Source of the DNA: Patescibacteria group bacterium
Lineage (GTDB): Bacteria > Patescibacteriota > Patescibacteriia > CAIXNZ01
DNA length: 64,000 nucleotides
Assembly (NCBI GenBank): GCA_028714455.1
Contig: JAQTMG010000004.1
Span: 5,425-69,424 of the forward strand
Direction of reading: 5' to 3'
A program made the position numbers and the translations under genes. This document shows positions 6,754 to 17,069 of this stretch, piece by piece (position 1 is the first letter of the stretch; every line of letters begins with the position of its first letter). The notes under the pieces are model-generated. The model saw only the letters and a list, made by a program, of their open reading frames with translations, did not search any database and was not told the origin of the DNA.

Positions 6754-8889
6754 TTATTCTTCTTTAGTTTTTTGGGGAGCATTGGGGTTTTCCCAGGTAG
6801 CATAGTCACATTCGGGATAGCGATTGCAGGCAAAAAAGATTTTGCCCCGCTTGCTTCTTTTTATAACAATATCACCAATGCCGCACTTGGGACATTTGAC
6901 ACCGATTGGTTTTTGAATATTTTTTGTGAATTTACATTTTGGGTAGTCAGAACAAGCTAGAAATTTGCCAAAGCGCCCAGTCTTTACTTTTAGGGCGGAA
7001 CCGCACTTTGGGCATTTCTCGTTTGTTTCTTCAGCCGCAGATTCTTCTTTGGTTTCAAAAAGAGGTCTTGTGTTTTTGCATTCTGGATAATTGGAACAAG
7101 CTAGAAATTTGCCAAACCGTCCCAATTTAATAACCATAGGCGAACTGCATTTATCGCATTTAATATCAGTTTTTTCTTCAGTTATCTCTTTTTTGTTAAT
7201 TTCTTTTTCCTTTTCCTTCAAAAGCTTGGCAAAAGGATTATAAAATTCAGTAATGACTTTTTGCCATTTCATTTTACCCTCGGCAATGTCATCCAGCTCT
7301 TTTTCAACCGAGGCAGTGAAATTTAAATCAACAATATTTGGAAAATGTTCAACCAATAAGTCGGTTACTATGGTGCCGATTTCAGTTGGTCTTAATTTTT
7401 TCTCTTCGTCTTTATTTACATAATTTCTTTCCTGAATCGTGGAAAGAGTCGGCGCATAAGTGGAAGGACGGCCAATACCATTTTTTTCTAGGGCTTTAAT
7501 TAGAGTTGCTTCAGTGTAGCGGGCAGGCGGTTGAGTAAAGTGCTGCAATTTTTCAAGTTTAATTAATTCTAGAACATCTTTTTCTTTGAGCGTTGGTAAG
7601 ATATTCTCTTTGATCGCGGCTTTGTAGACTTTCATAAAGCCGTCAAATTTGACGATTGAGCCAGTGGCCTGAAAAGTATAATCATTGGCTTTAATATCAA
7701 CAATGGTTGAATCCATAATGGCAGGCTGCATCTGGCTGGCTAGAGTTCTTTGCCAGATTAATTTGTAGAGTTTTAGCTGTCTTGGTTCGAGATAGCTGGC
7801 GATCTCATCTGGAGTATGAAAAACATCGGTTGGGCGGATTGCTTCGTGCGCTTCTTGCGCGCCTTTTGATTTCGTCTTGTAAATTTTTGCGTTTTCCGGC
7901 AAATAATTATTGCCGATTTTTTCCTTGATAAAAGATCTGATGTTTTCTAATGAATAAGTAGAAAGATTTAGGGAATCTGTTCTCATGTAGGTGATTAAAC
8001 CGACTGAACCCTCTGAACCAAGTTCTACGCCCTCGTAAAGCCGCTGGGCCAACATCATGGTTTGCTTGGCTGAAAAGCCAAGCTTGCGCGCGGCTTCTTG
8101 TTGTAAGGTGCTGGTAGTAAATGGAGTCGGTGGCGTTTTAAGACTTTCTTTTCTTTCGACTTTCTCAACAATGTACTTGGCGCTGTTTAAGCCATCTAAA
8201 ATTGATTGGGCGTGTTTTTCATCCTTAATACCCAGCTTAGTAATCGGTTTGCCATTTTCTTTGTTGAGTTGCGCGACAAAATTTTGCTTGTTTTTATCCA
8301 GCGTTGCTTCAACTGTCCAATATTCTTCTTTTTTGAATTTTTCAATTTCGCGTTCGCGGTCCACGACTAAACGCACGGCCACTGATTGGACGCGGCCGGC
8401 TGAAAGTCCCTTGGCCACCTTTTTCCAAAGCAGGGGAGAAAGTTTATAACCGACCAGGCGATCAAGTATCCTGCGCGCCTGCTGGGCATCGATTAAATTA
8501 ATATCAAGATGGCGCGGATGAGTGAGCGCCTCGTCAATCGCTTTTTTTGTAATCTCATGAAAAGTAATCCTCTCCGAATTATCGTCGTTTAATTTTAAAA
8601 TCTGGGCGAGGTGCCAGGCAATGGCCTCGCCTTCACGGTCTTCGTCAGTCGCCAGAATAATTCTGTCAGATTTTTCAGCGAGTTTCTTTAGCTTGGAAAC
8701 GGTATTTTTAGCTTTGATCGGCACAACATATTTGGGTTCAAAATCATGCTCCACGTCAACGCCAAGCTCTTTTTGCGGCAGATCCCGCACATGACCAAAA
8801 GAGGACTCCACCTTGAAGTCCTTGCCTAAAAATTTGGTAATTGTTTTAGCTTTGGTCGGAGATTCTACTATGACTAATGATTTTGGCAT
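6754..8889 (-). CDS. topA: DNA topoisomerase I (type IA) with C-terminal zinc ribbons
   Basis: IVESPTKAKTI, ATDEDREGEAIAWH, SAGRVQS, ITYMRTDS, QEAHEAIRPT, three C4 ribbons. Confidence 0.97.
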   Translation of the reverse strand: MPKSLVIVESPTKAKTITKFLGKDFKVESSFGHVRDLPQKELGVDVEHDFEPKYVVPIKAKNTVSKLKKLAEKSDRIILATDEDREGEAIAWHLAQILKLNDDNSERITFHEITKKAIDEALTHPRHLDINLIDAQQARRILDRLVGYKLSPLLWKKVAKGLSAGRVQSVAVRLVVDREREIEKFKKEEYWTVEATLDKNKQNFVAQLNKENGKPITKLGIKDEKHAQSILDGLNSAKYIVEKVERKESLKTPPTPFTTSTLQQEAARKLGFSAKQTMMLAQRLYEGVELGSEGSVGLITYMRTDSLNLSTYSLENIRSFIKEKIGNNYLPENAKIYKTKSKGAQEAHEAIRPTDVFHTPDEIASYLEPRQLKLYKLIWQRTLASQMQPAIMDSTIVDIKANDYTFQATGSIVKFDGFMKVYKAAIKENILPTLKEKDVLELIKLEKLQHFTQPPARYTEATLIKALEKNGIGRPSTYAPTLSTIQERNYVNKDEEKKLRPTEIGTIVTDLLVEHFPNIVDLNFTASVEKELDDIAEGKMKWQKVITEFYNPFAKLLKEKEKEINKKEITEEKTDIKCDKCSSPMVIKLGRFGKFLACSNYPECKNTRPLFETKEESAAEETNEKCPKCGSALKVKTGRFGKFLACSDYPKCKFTKNIQKPIGVKCPKCGIGDIVIKRSKRGKIFFACNRYPECDYATWENPNAPQKTKEE

Positions 8890-8901
8890 TGTTTATAATT
8901 T

Positions 8902-8969
8902 AGAATTATGAATTATGAAGTCTGAAATTTTTATCACAATTCATAATTCATATTTCAGCTTTCATAATT
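8902..8969. repeat. Inverted array of degenerate heptamers (AATTATG/CATAATT)
   Basis: GAATTATGAATTATGAA ... TTCATAATTCATATTTCAGCTTTCATAATT. Confidence 0.55.
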
Positions 8970-9008
8970 ATTATTATTAATAACAGTAAAAAAAGCTTTT
9001 GTCAAATT

Positions 9009-10106
9009 TTACACCAAAGAGATGTAATTTTGTCCGCCCAGATTCTTGACCATGCCTTTCATTTCCATCAGGCTCAAAGTGCCGCTGATCGTCGCAGCCG
9101 AGAGATTTGTTTCCTTGATAAGCTGGTCAATATGCTTGGGTTCTTTGGTTAGATTCTCAATGATCACTTTTTCTCCCAGTGTCTCGGGCAAGACCTTTTT
9201 ATTTGAGACAAAATGTTTAACTTCCTGAAGATTTAGCTCGTCCAAAATATCTTGAAACGAAGTCACCAGTTTAGCGCCTTTTTGGATTAACTTGTGGGTG
9301 CCGACTGAATTAGGATTGAAAAGTGAGCCGGGCACGGCAAAGACCTCGCGATTTTGTTCCAGTGAGCAATAAGCGGTAATAAGCGCGCCGGAACTTTCAG
9401 CGGCCTCAATAACCAGTGTGCCAAGTGATAGGCCGGCTATGACCCTGTTTCGCGTAGGGAAGTTATGTTTTAAAGGCAGGGTGCCAATAGGAAATTCACT
9501 GATTATCGTACCGCTATTATCCAAAATGTTTTGGGCCAAGTAGCGATTTGAAGCTGGATAAATACTTTGGTTATCAAGGCCGCTGCCCAAGACAGCGATT
9601 GTTTTGCCCCTAGCCTCCAGCGCGGCCTGATGGGCTAGAGCATCAGTGCCCAAGGCTAAACCGCTGACAATCGTAAACCCATTTTGAGCCAGGGGTTTGA
9701 CTATTTCTAAAGTTATTTGCCGGCCGTAATTAGAAACTTTGCGGGCTCCGACGGCCGCCAGCTTGTAATCGTTATTTAAGTTCGCCAGTTCGCCCTTGAC
9801 ATATAAAAGCGCTGGCGGCCCATAAATTTCTTTCAAGAGCTTAGGATACGTTTCATCTTTGATTGTGATAACTTTAATATTTTCTCTTTCAACTTTTTCC
9901 ATCTCAAGATCCGGATTTATTTCGCCGCGGATTAAAATAAATTCCTCGGCGATTTTTTGTTCTAGGCCGCTTTTTAAAAGTTCGGCATAAGGCGCGCGCC
10001 AGGCAGTTTCCATATCAGGAAAATAATTATAAAATTTGGCAAACCTGGCGGCGCCGATTTTGGCAAATTGCGAAATGGCAACCCAATATTTTAAATCGTT
10101 GGACAT
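9009..10106 (-). CDS. dprA: DNA-protecting protein DprA
   Basis: YPKLLKEI..PP, VGAR, IVSGLALGTD, FPTRNRVIAGLS, SGALITA, REVFAVPG, C-terminal winged helix. Confidence 0.95.
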   Translation of the reverse strand: MSNDLKYWVAISQFAKIGAARFAKFYNYFPDMETAWRAPYAELLKSGLEQKIAEEFILIRGEINPDLEMEKVERENIKVITIKDETYPKLLKEIYGPPALLYVKGELANLNNDYKLAAVGARKVSNYGRQITLEIVKPLAQNGFTIVSGLALGTDALAHQAALEARGKTIAVLGSGLDNQSIYPASNRYLAQNILDNSGTIISEFPIGTLPLKHNFPTRNRVIAGLSLGTLVIEAAESSGALITAYCSLEQNREVFAVPGSLFNPNSVGTHKLIQKGAKLVTSFQDILDELNLQEVKHFVSNKKVLPETLGEKVIIENLTKEPKHIDQLIKETNLSAATISGTLSLMEMKGMVKNLGGQNYISLV

Positions 10107-10188
10107 AAATATAATCTACAATTCACAATTAACAATTCACAATAAATTAGCAATTATCAATTTTCAATATAGCATGGAGTTAGCAATA

Positions 10189-10217
10189 TTGACAAAAGCA
10201 TTTAATTTTGGTATAAT
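10189..10217 (+). promoter_or_regulatory. Consensus sigma70 promoter
   Basis: TTGACA-17 nt-TATAAT with extended TG. Confidence 0.85.
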
Positions 10218-10241
10218 GTTTTATACAGCAAAATAATAATT

Positions 10242-10283
10242 TAGCCTTCGCTAACCGAAGTTAGCTACGGCTAACGAAGGTTA
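10242..10283. repeat. CCTTCG...CGAAGG mini-palindrome
   Basis: TAGCCTTCGCTAACC..GGCTAACGAAGGTTA; similar to the insert at ~4894-4932. Confidence 0.6.
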
Positions 10284-10284
10284 G

Positions 10285-10415
10285 TATCCAGAATTCTATT
10301 CGCCAGCCAGGCGAAACGAAACAGATAACCTCCTTTTTCTAAAGTAGGAGTAGCCATAAGTTAGGGCCCAAGCTTTATGCGAAAGGTTCTACGCTGGCGG
10401 GTAGTGTTCTGGATA
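10285..10415 (+). ncRNA. Candidate structured RNA / leader (multibranch, 23-bp closing stem)
   Basis: 10285-10307 pairs with 10393-10415 (one mismatch, three G-U pairs); internal hairpins at 10330-10350 and 10355-10379. Confidence 0.5.
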
Positions 10416-10453
10416 TTTAAAATTGGTCTTTAATAAAAAAGAAGGAGGACGAA

Positions 10454-10882
10454 ATGAAGGACATTAAAGCTTTTCTGTTTTTTCTTGGATATTGCTTAGG
10501 GGTGGGAGGCGCAATTGTCATGCTGAGTTCTATTTTGTTTCAAAATTATCGCTTGCACAGCATTTGTTTTTATGTAGGATGTGTTGGTTTTGGACTAGTA
10601 ATTTTGTCCGTCATCTTACCGCCTCGGTCACTTTTCAAACAGTCTAGAATTAATACCAGCGGAAAAGAGGCTATTTTAAAAAATGGCATGAAGGCATTGA
10701 AAAAGAAAATTATTTGGCTGGCATTCGTCGATCTTGCCTTGCTTGTCTGGTATAATTTGTATGTTGTATTCCCGCTCGTCAGTTTGCACCATCTCCTATT
10801 CGTTGTTGCGATGGTCGAGTGGAATATTGCATTGTTTGGTATTATACTTTATATGATTTTCCGCAATTTTTTTAGCGAGTAA
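10454..10882 (+). CDS. Hypothetical four-TM membrane protein
   Basis: Strong AAGGAGG RBS, four hydrophobic segments, own promoter and terminator. Confidence 0.7.
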   Translation: MKDIKAFLFFLGYCLGVGGAIVMLSSILFQNYRLHSICFYVGCVGFGLVILSVILPPRSLFKQSRINTSGKEAILKNGMKALKKKIIWLAFVDLALLVWYNLYVVFPLVSLHHLLFVVAMVEWNIALFGIILYMIFRNFFSE

Positions 10883-10893
10883 CCTAGCCGCAT

Positions 10894-10926
10894 AAACCCG
10901 GTCGCAAGATCGGGTTTTTTTATTTT
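10894..10926 (+). terminator. Intrinsic terminator
   Basis: AAACCCGGTC-GCAA-GATCGGGTTTTTTT. Confidence 0.8.
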
Positions 10927-10969
10927 GATACGAATATACAAATAATTTATTAATGATGCGAATAAAAAA

Positions 10970-11051
10970 GCACCCTGTCATTCCGAATGTAATGAGGAAT
11001 CTATAACATCGATGTAATAGATCCTTCGCTGCGCTCAGGATGACAGGGTGC
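10970..11051. repeat. REP/REPIN-like palindromic element (uninterrupted copy)
   Basis: GCACCCTGTCATTCCGAA..GAGGAATCTAT..ATAGATCCTTCG..CAGGATGACAGGGTGC. Confidence 0.8.
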
Positions 11052-11053
11052 GT

Positions 11054-11629
11054 TTAATTAAGTTTACTTTGAATTTTTTCAAGCGGTTCATTTTCGCAAA
11101 ACATTTTGATGGCTTCAATTGTGTCGGGAATAATTCCTTCCAATATCTCCTCATCTTCCTCACTGAATTTTTGGAGTACGAATTTGTCAGCCGGAATTAT
11201 TTCCTTGAGCTCATTGGCAATACCGACACGAATGCGAATAAAAGTTTTAGATTTTAATTTTTGAATGATTGAGTCAATGCCTTTGTGGCCGGCCGAGCTG
11301 GATTCAGTGGAGATTCTGATTTTACCAATGGGTAAATCCAAATCGTCTTGAATAACAATTATTTCACTCGATTTGATTTTATAAAATGTTTTCAGCGCTA
11401 AAACAGCGGCGCCAGAATCATTCATAAAAGTTGTGGGTTTGGCCAGGATAATTTTTTCAGCGCCAAAAGTACCCTCCGAGACTTCCGCATTGAATTTTTT
11501 TTCTGTCTTAAATTCCGACAAATCAAAAAGGCCATGAATCATTAATTCGTCAAGCAGGCGAAAGCCGACATTGTGTCTGGTGTTTTTGTAGTCAGGGCCA
11601 GGATTTCCTAATCCGATTATAAGTTTCAT
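11054..11629 (-). CDS. pth: Peptidyl-tRNA hydrolase
   Basis: MKLIIGLGNPG..YKNTRHNVGF, KPTTFMNDSG, DDLDL, GHKG. Confidence 0.95.
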   Translation of the reverse strand: MKLIIGLGNPGPDYKNTRHNVGFRLLDELMIHGLFDLSEFKTEKKFNAEVSEGTFGAEKIILAKPTTFMNDSGAAVLALKTFYKIKSSEIIVIQDDLDLPIGKIRISTESSSAGHKGIDSIIQKLKSKTFIRIRVGIANELKEIIPADKFVLQKFSEEDEEILEGIIPDTIEAIKMFCENEPLEKIQSKLN

Positions 11630-11633
11630 ATAT

Positions 11634-13121
11634 TTAATAGGAGCTAAAGGTTTTAGAGGGGCTAGAGGTCGAAAGGCTTGTAGATTTTTGAATTTTTTTC
11701 TTGCCTCGGCTTGTAAATTTTCTGGGCTTGGTCGGTTCTGTTTTGTCGCTTCCCAGTTTAAGATTTACTTTTATGGGCGTGCCAATGATTTTAAATTTGG
11801 CGCGCAAGGAATTTTCCAGATATCTTAAATAGGAAGAGGCCAGCACGTCTTTTTTTCTAACCTGCACTTCAAAGATCGGAGGATTAGTGCGAACTTGTTT
11901 AAAGTTTGTCAGATAGGGGTGCAAAAACAAGCGTGAACTATTAGGTCTTTGTTTCTTTATGGCATTTTTTAAAAATTTACCCAAGGCATTCGTGTTTAAC
12001 TTGATATGCCGGCCGTCATAAACCTCTTTGGCTATATCCAATATATCATGGACATGTTTGCCTGTCTTGGCTGAAGTGAAAACAATTGGCGCCCACCTTA
12101 AATAAGGAAAAAAATGATTAATTAAGCGTTTATATTCATCGGCGGTCTTGGATTCTTTTTCTTCGACTAGATCCCATTTATTAGCCACCATGATAATACT
12201 GACTTGTTCGTCAAGTAAAAGTTGAGTCAAGCGATTGTCTTGGACAGTAATCGGCTGGGAAATATCAATGACCAAAAGACAAACATCTGAATTTCTGGCG
12301 TTGGCGATAGCTTTACCTACCGAAGCTTTTTCCAGCTCGCCGCCTTCTTTGGCGTGCTTGCGAATGCCGGCCGTGTCAACTAGCGTGTAATTTTGATCTT
12401 TGTAAATGAAATCGGTATCAATTGATTCTCTAGTCGTGAAAGCAATTGGTGAAACAATAACGCGTTCTTCGCCCAGAATTGAATTTAGCAATGATGATTT
12501 GCCGACATTGGGTTTGCCGATGATTGTGACGCGGATGGCTTTGGGAAATTCGTATTTTTTTCCTTTCCTAACCTTCTTCTGCTTTTTTAAATTATTCACA
12601 ATTTCGTCAAGCAGATCGCCGGTGCCGCCGCCGTTTTTGGCCGAGACAAAACTTATGTCGCCCAGACCCAGTTTATAAAAATCAGCGGCTCTTTCGCGCA
12701 TCTTAACATCGTCAGCTTTATTGGCGACTAGTAGAATCGGTTTTTTATATTTTTTTACTGCCTGCGCGAGTTCGCGGTCTTGCGGCATTAACCCTTCTTG
12801 CAAATCAACGACAAAAAGTATTAGGTCGGCTTCGGTTAGCGCGGCTTGGGTTTTCCTGATGATGTCCAGCGCGAAATCAACGTTTAAATCAGGGGAAAGT
12901 TTTTTGAGGCGCCTTGAGGGTACAATTGTCTCTATGCCTCCGGTATCTATCAATTCAAAATTATAGCCCTGCCAATAAACGGGGCTTATATTCATGTCGC
13001 GAGTCGTACCCGCGATTTTTGAAGTGATGGCCTTGGGTCTCTCGATGAGCCGATTAAAAAGAGTTGACTTGCCGACATTGGCTCGACCCAGGATTAAAAT
13101 TTTTGGTAATTTTTTTATCAT
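11634..13121 (-). CDS. der: Ribosome biogenesis GTPase Der/EngA
   Basis: Two G domains (GRANVGKS..DTGG..NKAD; GKPNVGKS..DTAG..NKWD) plus a KH-like tail. Confidence 0.95.
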   Translation of the reverse strand: MIKKLPKILILGRANVGKSTLFNRLIERPKAITSKIAGTTRDMNISPVYWQGYNFELIDTGGIETIVPSRRLKKLSPDLNVDFALDIIRKTQAALTEADLILFVVDLQEGLMPQDRELAQAVKKYKKPILLVANKADDVKMRERAADFYKLGLGDISFVSAKNGGGTGDLLDEIVNNLKKQKKVRKGKKYEFPKAIRVTIIGKPNVGKSSLLNSILGEERVIVSPIAFTTRESIDTDFIYKDQNYTLVDTAGIRKHAKEGGELEKASVGKAIANARNSDVCLLVIDISQPITVQDNRLTQLLLDEQVSIIMVANKWDLVEEKESKTADEYKRLINHFFPYLRWAPIVFTSAKTGKHVHDILDIAKEVYDGRHIKLNTNALGKFLKNAIKKQRPNSSRLFLHPYLTNFKQVRTNPPIFEVQVRKKDVLASSYLRYLENSLRAKFKIIGTPIKVNLKLGSDKTEPTKPRKFTSRGKKKIQKSTSLSTSSPSKTFSSY

Positions 13122-13125
13122 TTGT

Positions 13126-14535
13126 TTAATTGGTGGCGTAGTTGCCCTGATCTTTACCCAGGATAATTAAAAAATCAATTTTTTGATTTTGATCATAAGA
13201 GAGCCAGTCGGGTTTTTCCGTTGAGACATTGGCATTCAGCTTGCTTTTTAGATTTTCAAGCGCGTCTGACTGCTGACCGCCGGTCAGATCGTAGATAACC
13301 GTTTTTTCGAAATCTTGTTTAACGCAGTTTCCTATTCTAACAACGTCATAGCCGCCGTTTTTAAGCCCCGTGCTTGTTTTAGTGGCGAGGCCTTCTATCT
13401 TTGTGCCGTTTTGCACCTCCAGTTTAATTTTTTCTTTTATTTTTGTTTCCTGCTGCGGGTCAAAAACATATTTAACCATTTGTTGAAGCTGGAAAAAGGA
13501 CATGTCCTTGGGCAGGAGCAAGAATTGGCCGTTGATATTCGTGGCGTAGAGCTGGCCGTTGGGACCGTCATCCAAAACCAGATTAGTGATGCTTTCTTTG
13601 TCCACTTTCTTAGCCAGTTTGGCGAATTTGAAAATTTCCCAGGCGGTTAAATTCGTTTCCACGTTATTTTTATAAAAATCAAGCAGGGCATTGACCTTGC
13701 TGTAGCTGAAAAATGTGGTAAATGAAGTGGCCTGGTCTTTTATCGCCTGCAGGACGTTTTGCTGCCGTTTGCTCCTGGCAAAATCAGAACTCTCGCCGTT
13801 ATTGCCGTGACGAGAACGGACGTAATTCAAAGCTGTTTCGCCGTTCATTTTTTGCCAGCCGGCTTTGAACGAAACAGTTTTATAGCCATTTGTGTCAACT
13901 ACGCCATTGGTTGAAACTGTTTCAACCGGGAACTCATTGTCGGTAAATTCGTTGTTGACGTATATTTTTATCCCGCCCAACTCATCGATTAGTTTTTCAA
14001 AACCGGCGAAGTCCACGCGCACATAATAATCGACCGGCACGTCAAGAGTTTTGGCGACCACTTCGGCGGCCAGCTCACTGCCGTGACCGGGATTTTTCAT
14101 TTCGCCGAAATGATTGGCATAGTTTATTTTGTACCAGCCATAGCCAGGCATTGGTACGGCCAGATCGCGGGGAATTGAAATGAGCGCCACATCTCCAGTC
14201 GAAGGTTTGAGTGAGGCCAAAATCATCGTGTCTGTAAGATAGGGTCCATCGTGGCCTTTGCCGCCCATGCCTAAAAGTAAAATGTTAATGCGGTCAGAAG
14301 TCTCGCCTTTGAGGGCTCTGTCGGCGCCCACTGACAGGCCGAACAAATTCATTCTTTCCAGATTTTCACCCAGGCTGTCTCCCGAAATTATTATTTGGAA
14401 AGAAAAAGCCGAGATGAAAACTATCAAAAAAATAATTGGATAAAAATATTTTTTCGAAAATGGTTTTTTATGTCTTGATTTTTTGATAAATTCCTTTTCG
14501 AGGTGAGAAAGGAAATTCACTTTATGACTGGTCAT
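13126..14535 (-). CDS. LCP (LytR-CpsA-Psr) family protein with LytR_C domain
   Basis: INILLLG, TDTMIL, SIPRDL, YVRSRHG, SDFARSKRQQ, VQNGT..GLA; start placed at ATG 14535. Confidence 0.9.
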   Translation of the reverse strand: MTSHKVNFLSHLEKEFIKKSRHKKPFSKKYFYPIIFLIVFISAFSFQIIISGDSLGENLERMNLFGLSVGADRALKGETSDRINILLLGMGGKGHDGPYLTDTMILASLKPSTGDVALISIPRDLAVPMPGYGWYKINYANHFGEMKNPGHGSELAAEVVAKTLDVPVDYYVRVDFAGFEKLIDELGGIKIYVNNEFTDNEFPVETVSTNGVVDTNGYKTVSFKAGWQKMNGETALNYVRSRHGNNGESSDFARSKRQQNVLQAIKDQATSFTTFFSYSKVNALLDFYKNNVETNLTAWEIFKFAKLAKKVDKESITNLVLDDGPNGQLYATNINGQFLLLPKDMSFFQLQQMVKYVFDPQQETKIKEKIKLEVQNGTKIEGLATKTSTGLKNGGYDVVRIGNCVKQDFEKTVIYDLTGGQQSDALENLKSKLNANVSTEKPDWLSYDQNQKIDFLIILGKDQGNYATN

Positions 14536-14713
14536 TTTCAAATAAAAAATTAATGAAGCAGATGTTTACTCATTTTTGTGGAATTTTTTTATTCCTTATA
14601 GTATATTAAACCAGTTTAAACGAAAAATTTCAAGTTTAAATCGGGATTTGCCCGAATCGATTTTTTGTGATACAATTTACGTAATCTTTGTTTCTAATTA
14701 TTAAAGGATAATT

Positions 14714-15343
14714 ATGAATAATAGCGATAAAGGCGGCAATCAGTTTGAATGGAAAACCGGTTCGGCTTACGATTCGCTTTGGCATTCCTTTGCTGATTTT
14801 TTTGTGGAAATCGTCAAGGTCGTCATTATATCCCTAGCCATTATTATACCGATTAGATATTTCTTGATTCAGCCCTTTTATGTTAAGGGCGCTTCCATGG
14901 AACCGAATTTTCACGATCACGAATATCTGATAATCAATGAAATCGGCTACCGCCTCGAACAGCCCAGCCGAGGCGACGTGGTCGTTTTTCGTTATCCGAA
15001 AGATCCCAGTCAATATTTCATTAAGAGAATTATCGGTTTGCCCGGCGAGAAAGTGAAAATCAAAGACAATAAGGTCTATATCTACAATGAGAAATATCCC
15101 GGCGGTATCGCCTTGAATGAAGAAGTCTATCTGCCCGAAGATACGCAGACGACTTATTTCGGCAAGTCCGAATTTGATCTGGGGACAGATGAATATTTTG
15201 TCATGGGCGACAATCGAGAAGCGAGTCTGGATTCAAGAAGATTCGGTCCAGTGCCGCGCAGATTGATAATCGGCGACACCTGGGTCAGGGGCTGGCCCTT
15301 TGATAAAATCACTGTCTTTGGAAAGCCACAATATAATTTATAA
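14714..15343 (+). CDS. lepB: Signal peptidase I
   Basis: VKGASMEP, RGDVVVF, FIKRIIGLPG, GDNR..SLDSR. Confidence 0.95.
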   Translation: MNNSDKGGNQFEWKTGSAYDSLWHSFADFFVEIVKVVIISLAIIIPIRYFLIQPFYVKGASMEPNFHDHEYLIINEIGYRLEQPSRGDVVVFRYPKDPSQYFIKRIIGLPGEKVKIKDNKVYIYNEKYPGGIALNEEVYLPEDTQTTYFGKSEFDLGTDEYFVMGDNREASLDSRRFGPVPRRLIIGDTWVRGWPFDKITVFGKPQYNL

Positions 15344-15346
15344 ATT

Positions 15347-16720
15347 ATGCCAAAGGTTAAAAATAAAATCATAAAAAAGGTTCAAGAAAAAAAAGCAAAA
15401 GTCGCCGGAGTTCCCGAACTGATAAACGAACCGATCAAATCAAATAAAAAAACCCCGCAGCTAGTTCGAGGATTTAAAGATATTTTGCCGTCAGAGCAAA
15501 AATATTTTAGATTTATTGGAAACAGGCTAGAATCACTCGCCCAGGATTATGGTTTTGAAAAAATAGACCCACCAATCTTGGAGGAGACCAGTCTTTTTTC
15601 ACGCGCGGTCGGCAAGGAAACGGACATTGTTTCAAAGGAAATGTTTTCTTTTGAAACGCCGGGGGGAGAGAGAGTAAGTTTGAGACCGGAAGCCACGGCT
15701 TCGGTTGTCAGGGCCTATATAAATCACGGCATGCTCAACCTGCCGCAACCGGTTAAACTGTACTATACCGGCCCGATGTTTAGATATGAACGTCCGCAAT
15801 CAGGTCGCTACCGTCAATTCAGTCAGTTCGGCTTTGAGATCTTGGGCGATAAACACCCGGTTCTTGACGCGCAGCTGATAATTCTTGCCAATAATTTTTT
15901 TCAAGAGATTGGTCTTAAAACCTCGGTTCAGATCAATAGCATCGGCTGTGCGGTTTGCAGGAAAGAATATAAGACGCAACTCGTTAATTATTATAAAACT
16001 CAAAAAGCCAATCTCTGTGTTGATTGCAAAGAGAGGTTGTACAAAAATCCTCTGCGACTTTTGGATTGTAAGGAAGAGAAGTGTTCTATTATTAAAGAGG
16101 AGGCGCCGCAGATAGTCGATTGGTTGTGCGATGAATGCAAAAACCATTTTGTTAAAGTCTTAGAATTTTTGGACGAGGTTCAGCTGCCATACAACTTGAA
16201 TCCCAGCTTAGTTCGCGGACTGGATTATTACACCAACACAGTGTTTGAAATATGGCCAGAGGGCGAGGAGAAAAAATCGCAGAGCGCTTTATGCGGCGGC
16301 GGACGCTATGATAATTTAATCGAGCTTTTGGGCGGCAGACCGACTCCTGCTCTGGGAGTCTCTGTTGGCATCGAGAGAACCATCTTAAAACTTAAAGAAT
16401 TGAATATTGAGATTCCAGACAGAGAAAAAAGAGATATTTTCGTGGCCCAACTTGGCGAGGCAGCCAGAAAAAAGTGCTTGCCGCTGTATGAATCTTTAAG
16501 AAAAGAAGGAATCAGAGTGGCTGAAAATTTTTCCAAGGACGGCTTGAAGGCACAGCTTGAAATCGCGGGCAAACTCGGTGTTAGATATTCGCTGATTCTC
16601 GGGCAGAAGGAACTTTCGGAAGGCACTATCTTGTTGCGCGACATGGAGGCAGGGGTGCAGGAAACGCTGAATTTCAACAAGGTTATTAAAGAGGTTAAGA
16701 AAAGATTGGAAAATCAGTAA
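15347..16720 (+). CDS. hisS: Histidine--tRNA ligase
   Basis: RGFKDILP, LRPEATAS, FRYERPQSGRYRQF, LVRGLDYYT, GGGRYD. Confidence 0.97.
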   Translation: MPKVKNKIIKKVQEKKAKVAGVPELINEPIKSNKKTPQLVRGFKDILPSEQKYFRFIGNRLESLAQDYGFEKIDPPILEETSLFSRAVGKETDIVSKEMFSFETPGGERVSLRPEATASVVRAYINHGMLNLPQPVKLYYTGPMFRYERPQSGRYRQFSQFGFEILGDKHPVLDAQLIILANNFFQEIGLKTSVQINSIGCAVCRKEYKTQLVNYYKTQKANLCVDCKERLYKNPLRLLDCKEEKCSIIKEEAPQIVDWLCDECKNHFVKVLEFLDEVQLPYNLNPSLVRGLDYYTNTVFEIWPEGEEKKSQSALCGGGRYDNLIELLGGRPTPALGVSVGIERTILKLKELNIEIPDREKRDIFVAQLGEAARKKCLPLYESLRKEGIRVAENFSKDGLKAQLEIAGKLGVRYSLILGQKELSEGTILLRDMEAGVQETLNFNKVIKEVKKRLENQ

Positions 16721-16743
16721 TAATAAGGAAATTTAGCTTAACT

Positions 16744-16763
16744 AAGCCCAAAAATGGGCTTTT
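16744..16763 (+). terminator. Probable terminator
   Basis: AAGCCCA-AAAA-TGGGCTTTT. Confidence 0.55.
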
Positions 16764-16837
16764 GTTATGTATTTAAGGTATTTTTGACTTTATTCAGTTT
16801 TATTGCTATTATTTAAGTAATTTAAAGGAGATGGAAA

Positions 16838-17059
16838 ATGACTGAAGTTAAAAGAAGAAAGGGGGAAACATTTGAGAGCCTGCTTAGACGGTTTAATAAG
16901 CGGATTATTCAGGGTGGCAAGATTCTTCAGGCCAAGAAAATTAGGTTTTTAGAAAAAGAACCTAATAAGAATTTATCAAAAAAATTAGCCTTGAGAAGAC
17001 TAAAAATCAAGAATCAGAAAGAATATTTGAAAAAAATCGGTAAGCTGATCGAGGAATAA
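16838..17059 (+). CDS. rpsU: 30S ribosomal protein S21
   Basis: EVKRRKGETFESLLRRF; basic, 73 aa, upstream of yqeY. Confidence 0.85.
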   Translation: MTEVKRRKGETFESLLRRFNKRIIQGGKILQAKKIRFLEKEPNKNLSKKLALRRLKIKNQKEYLKKIGKLIEE

Positions 17060-17069
17060 AAATTATAAA

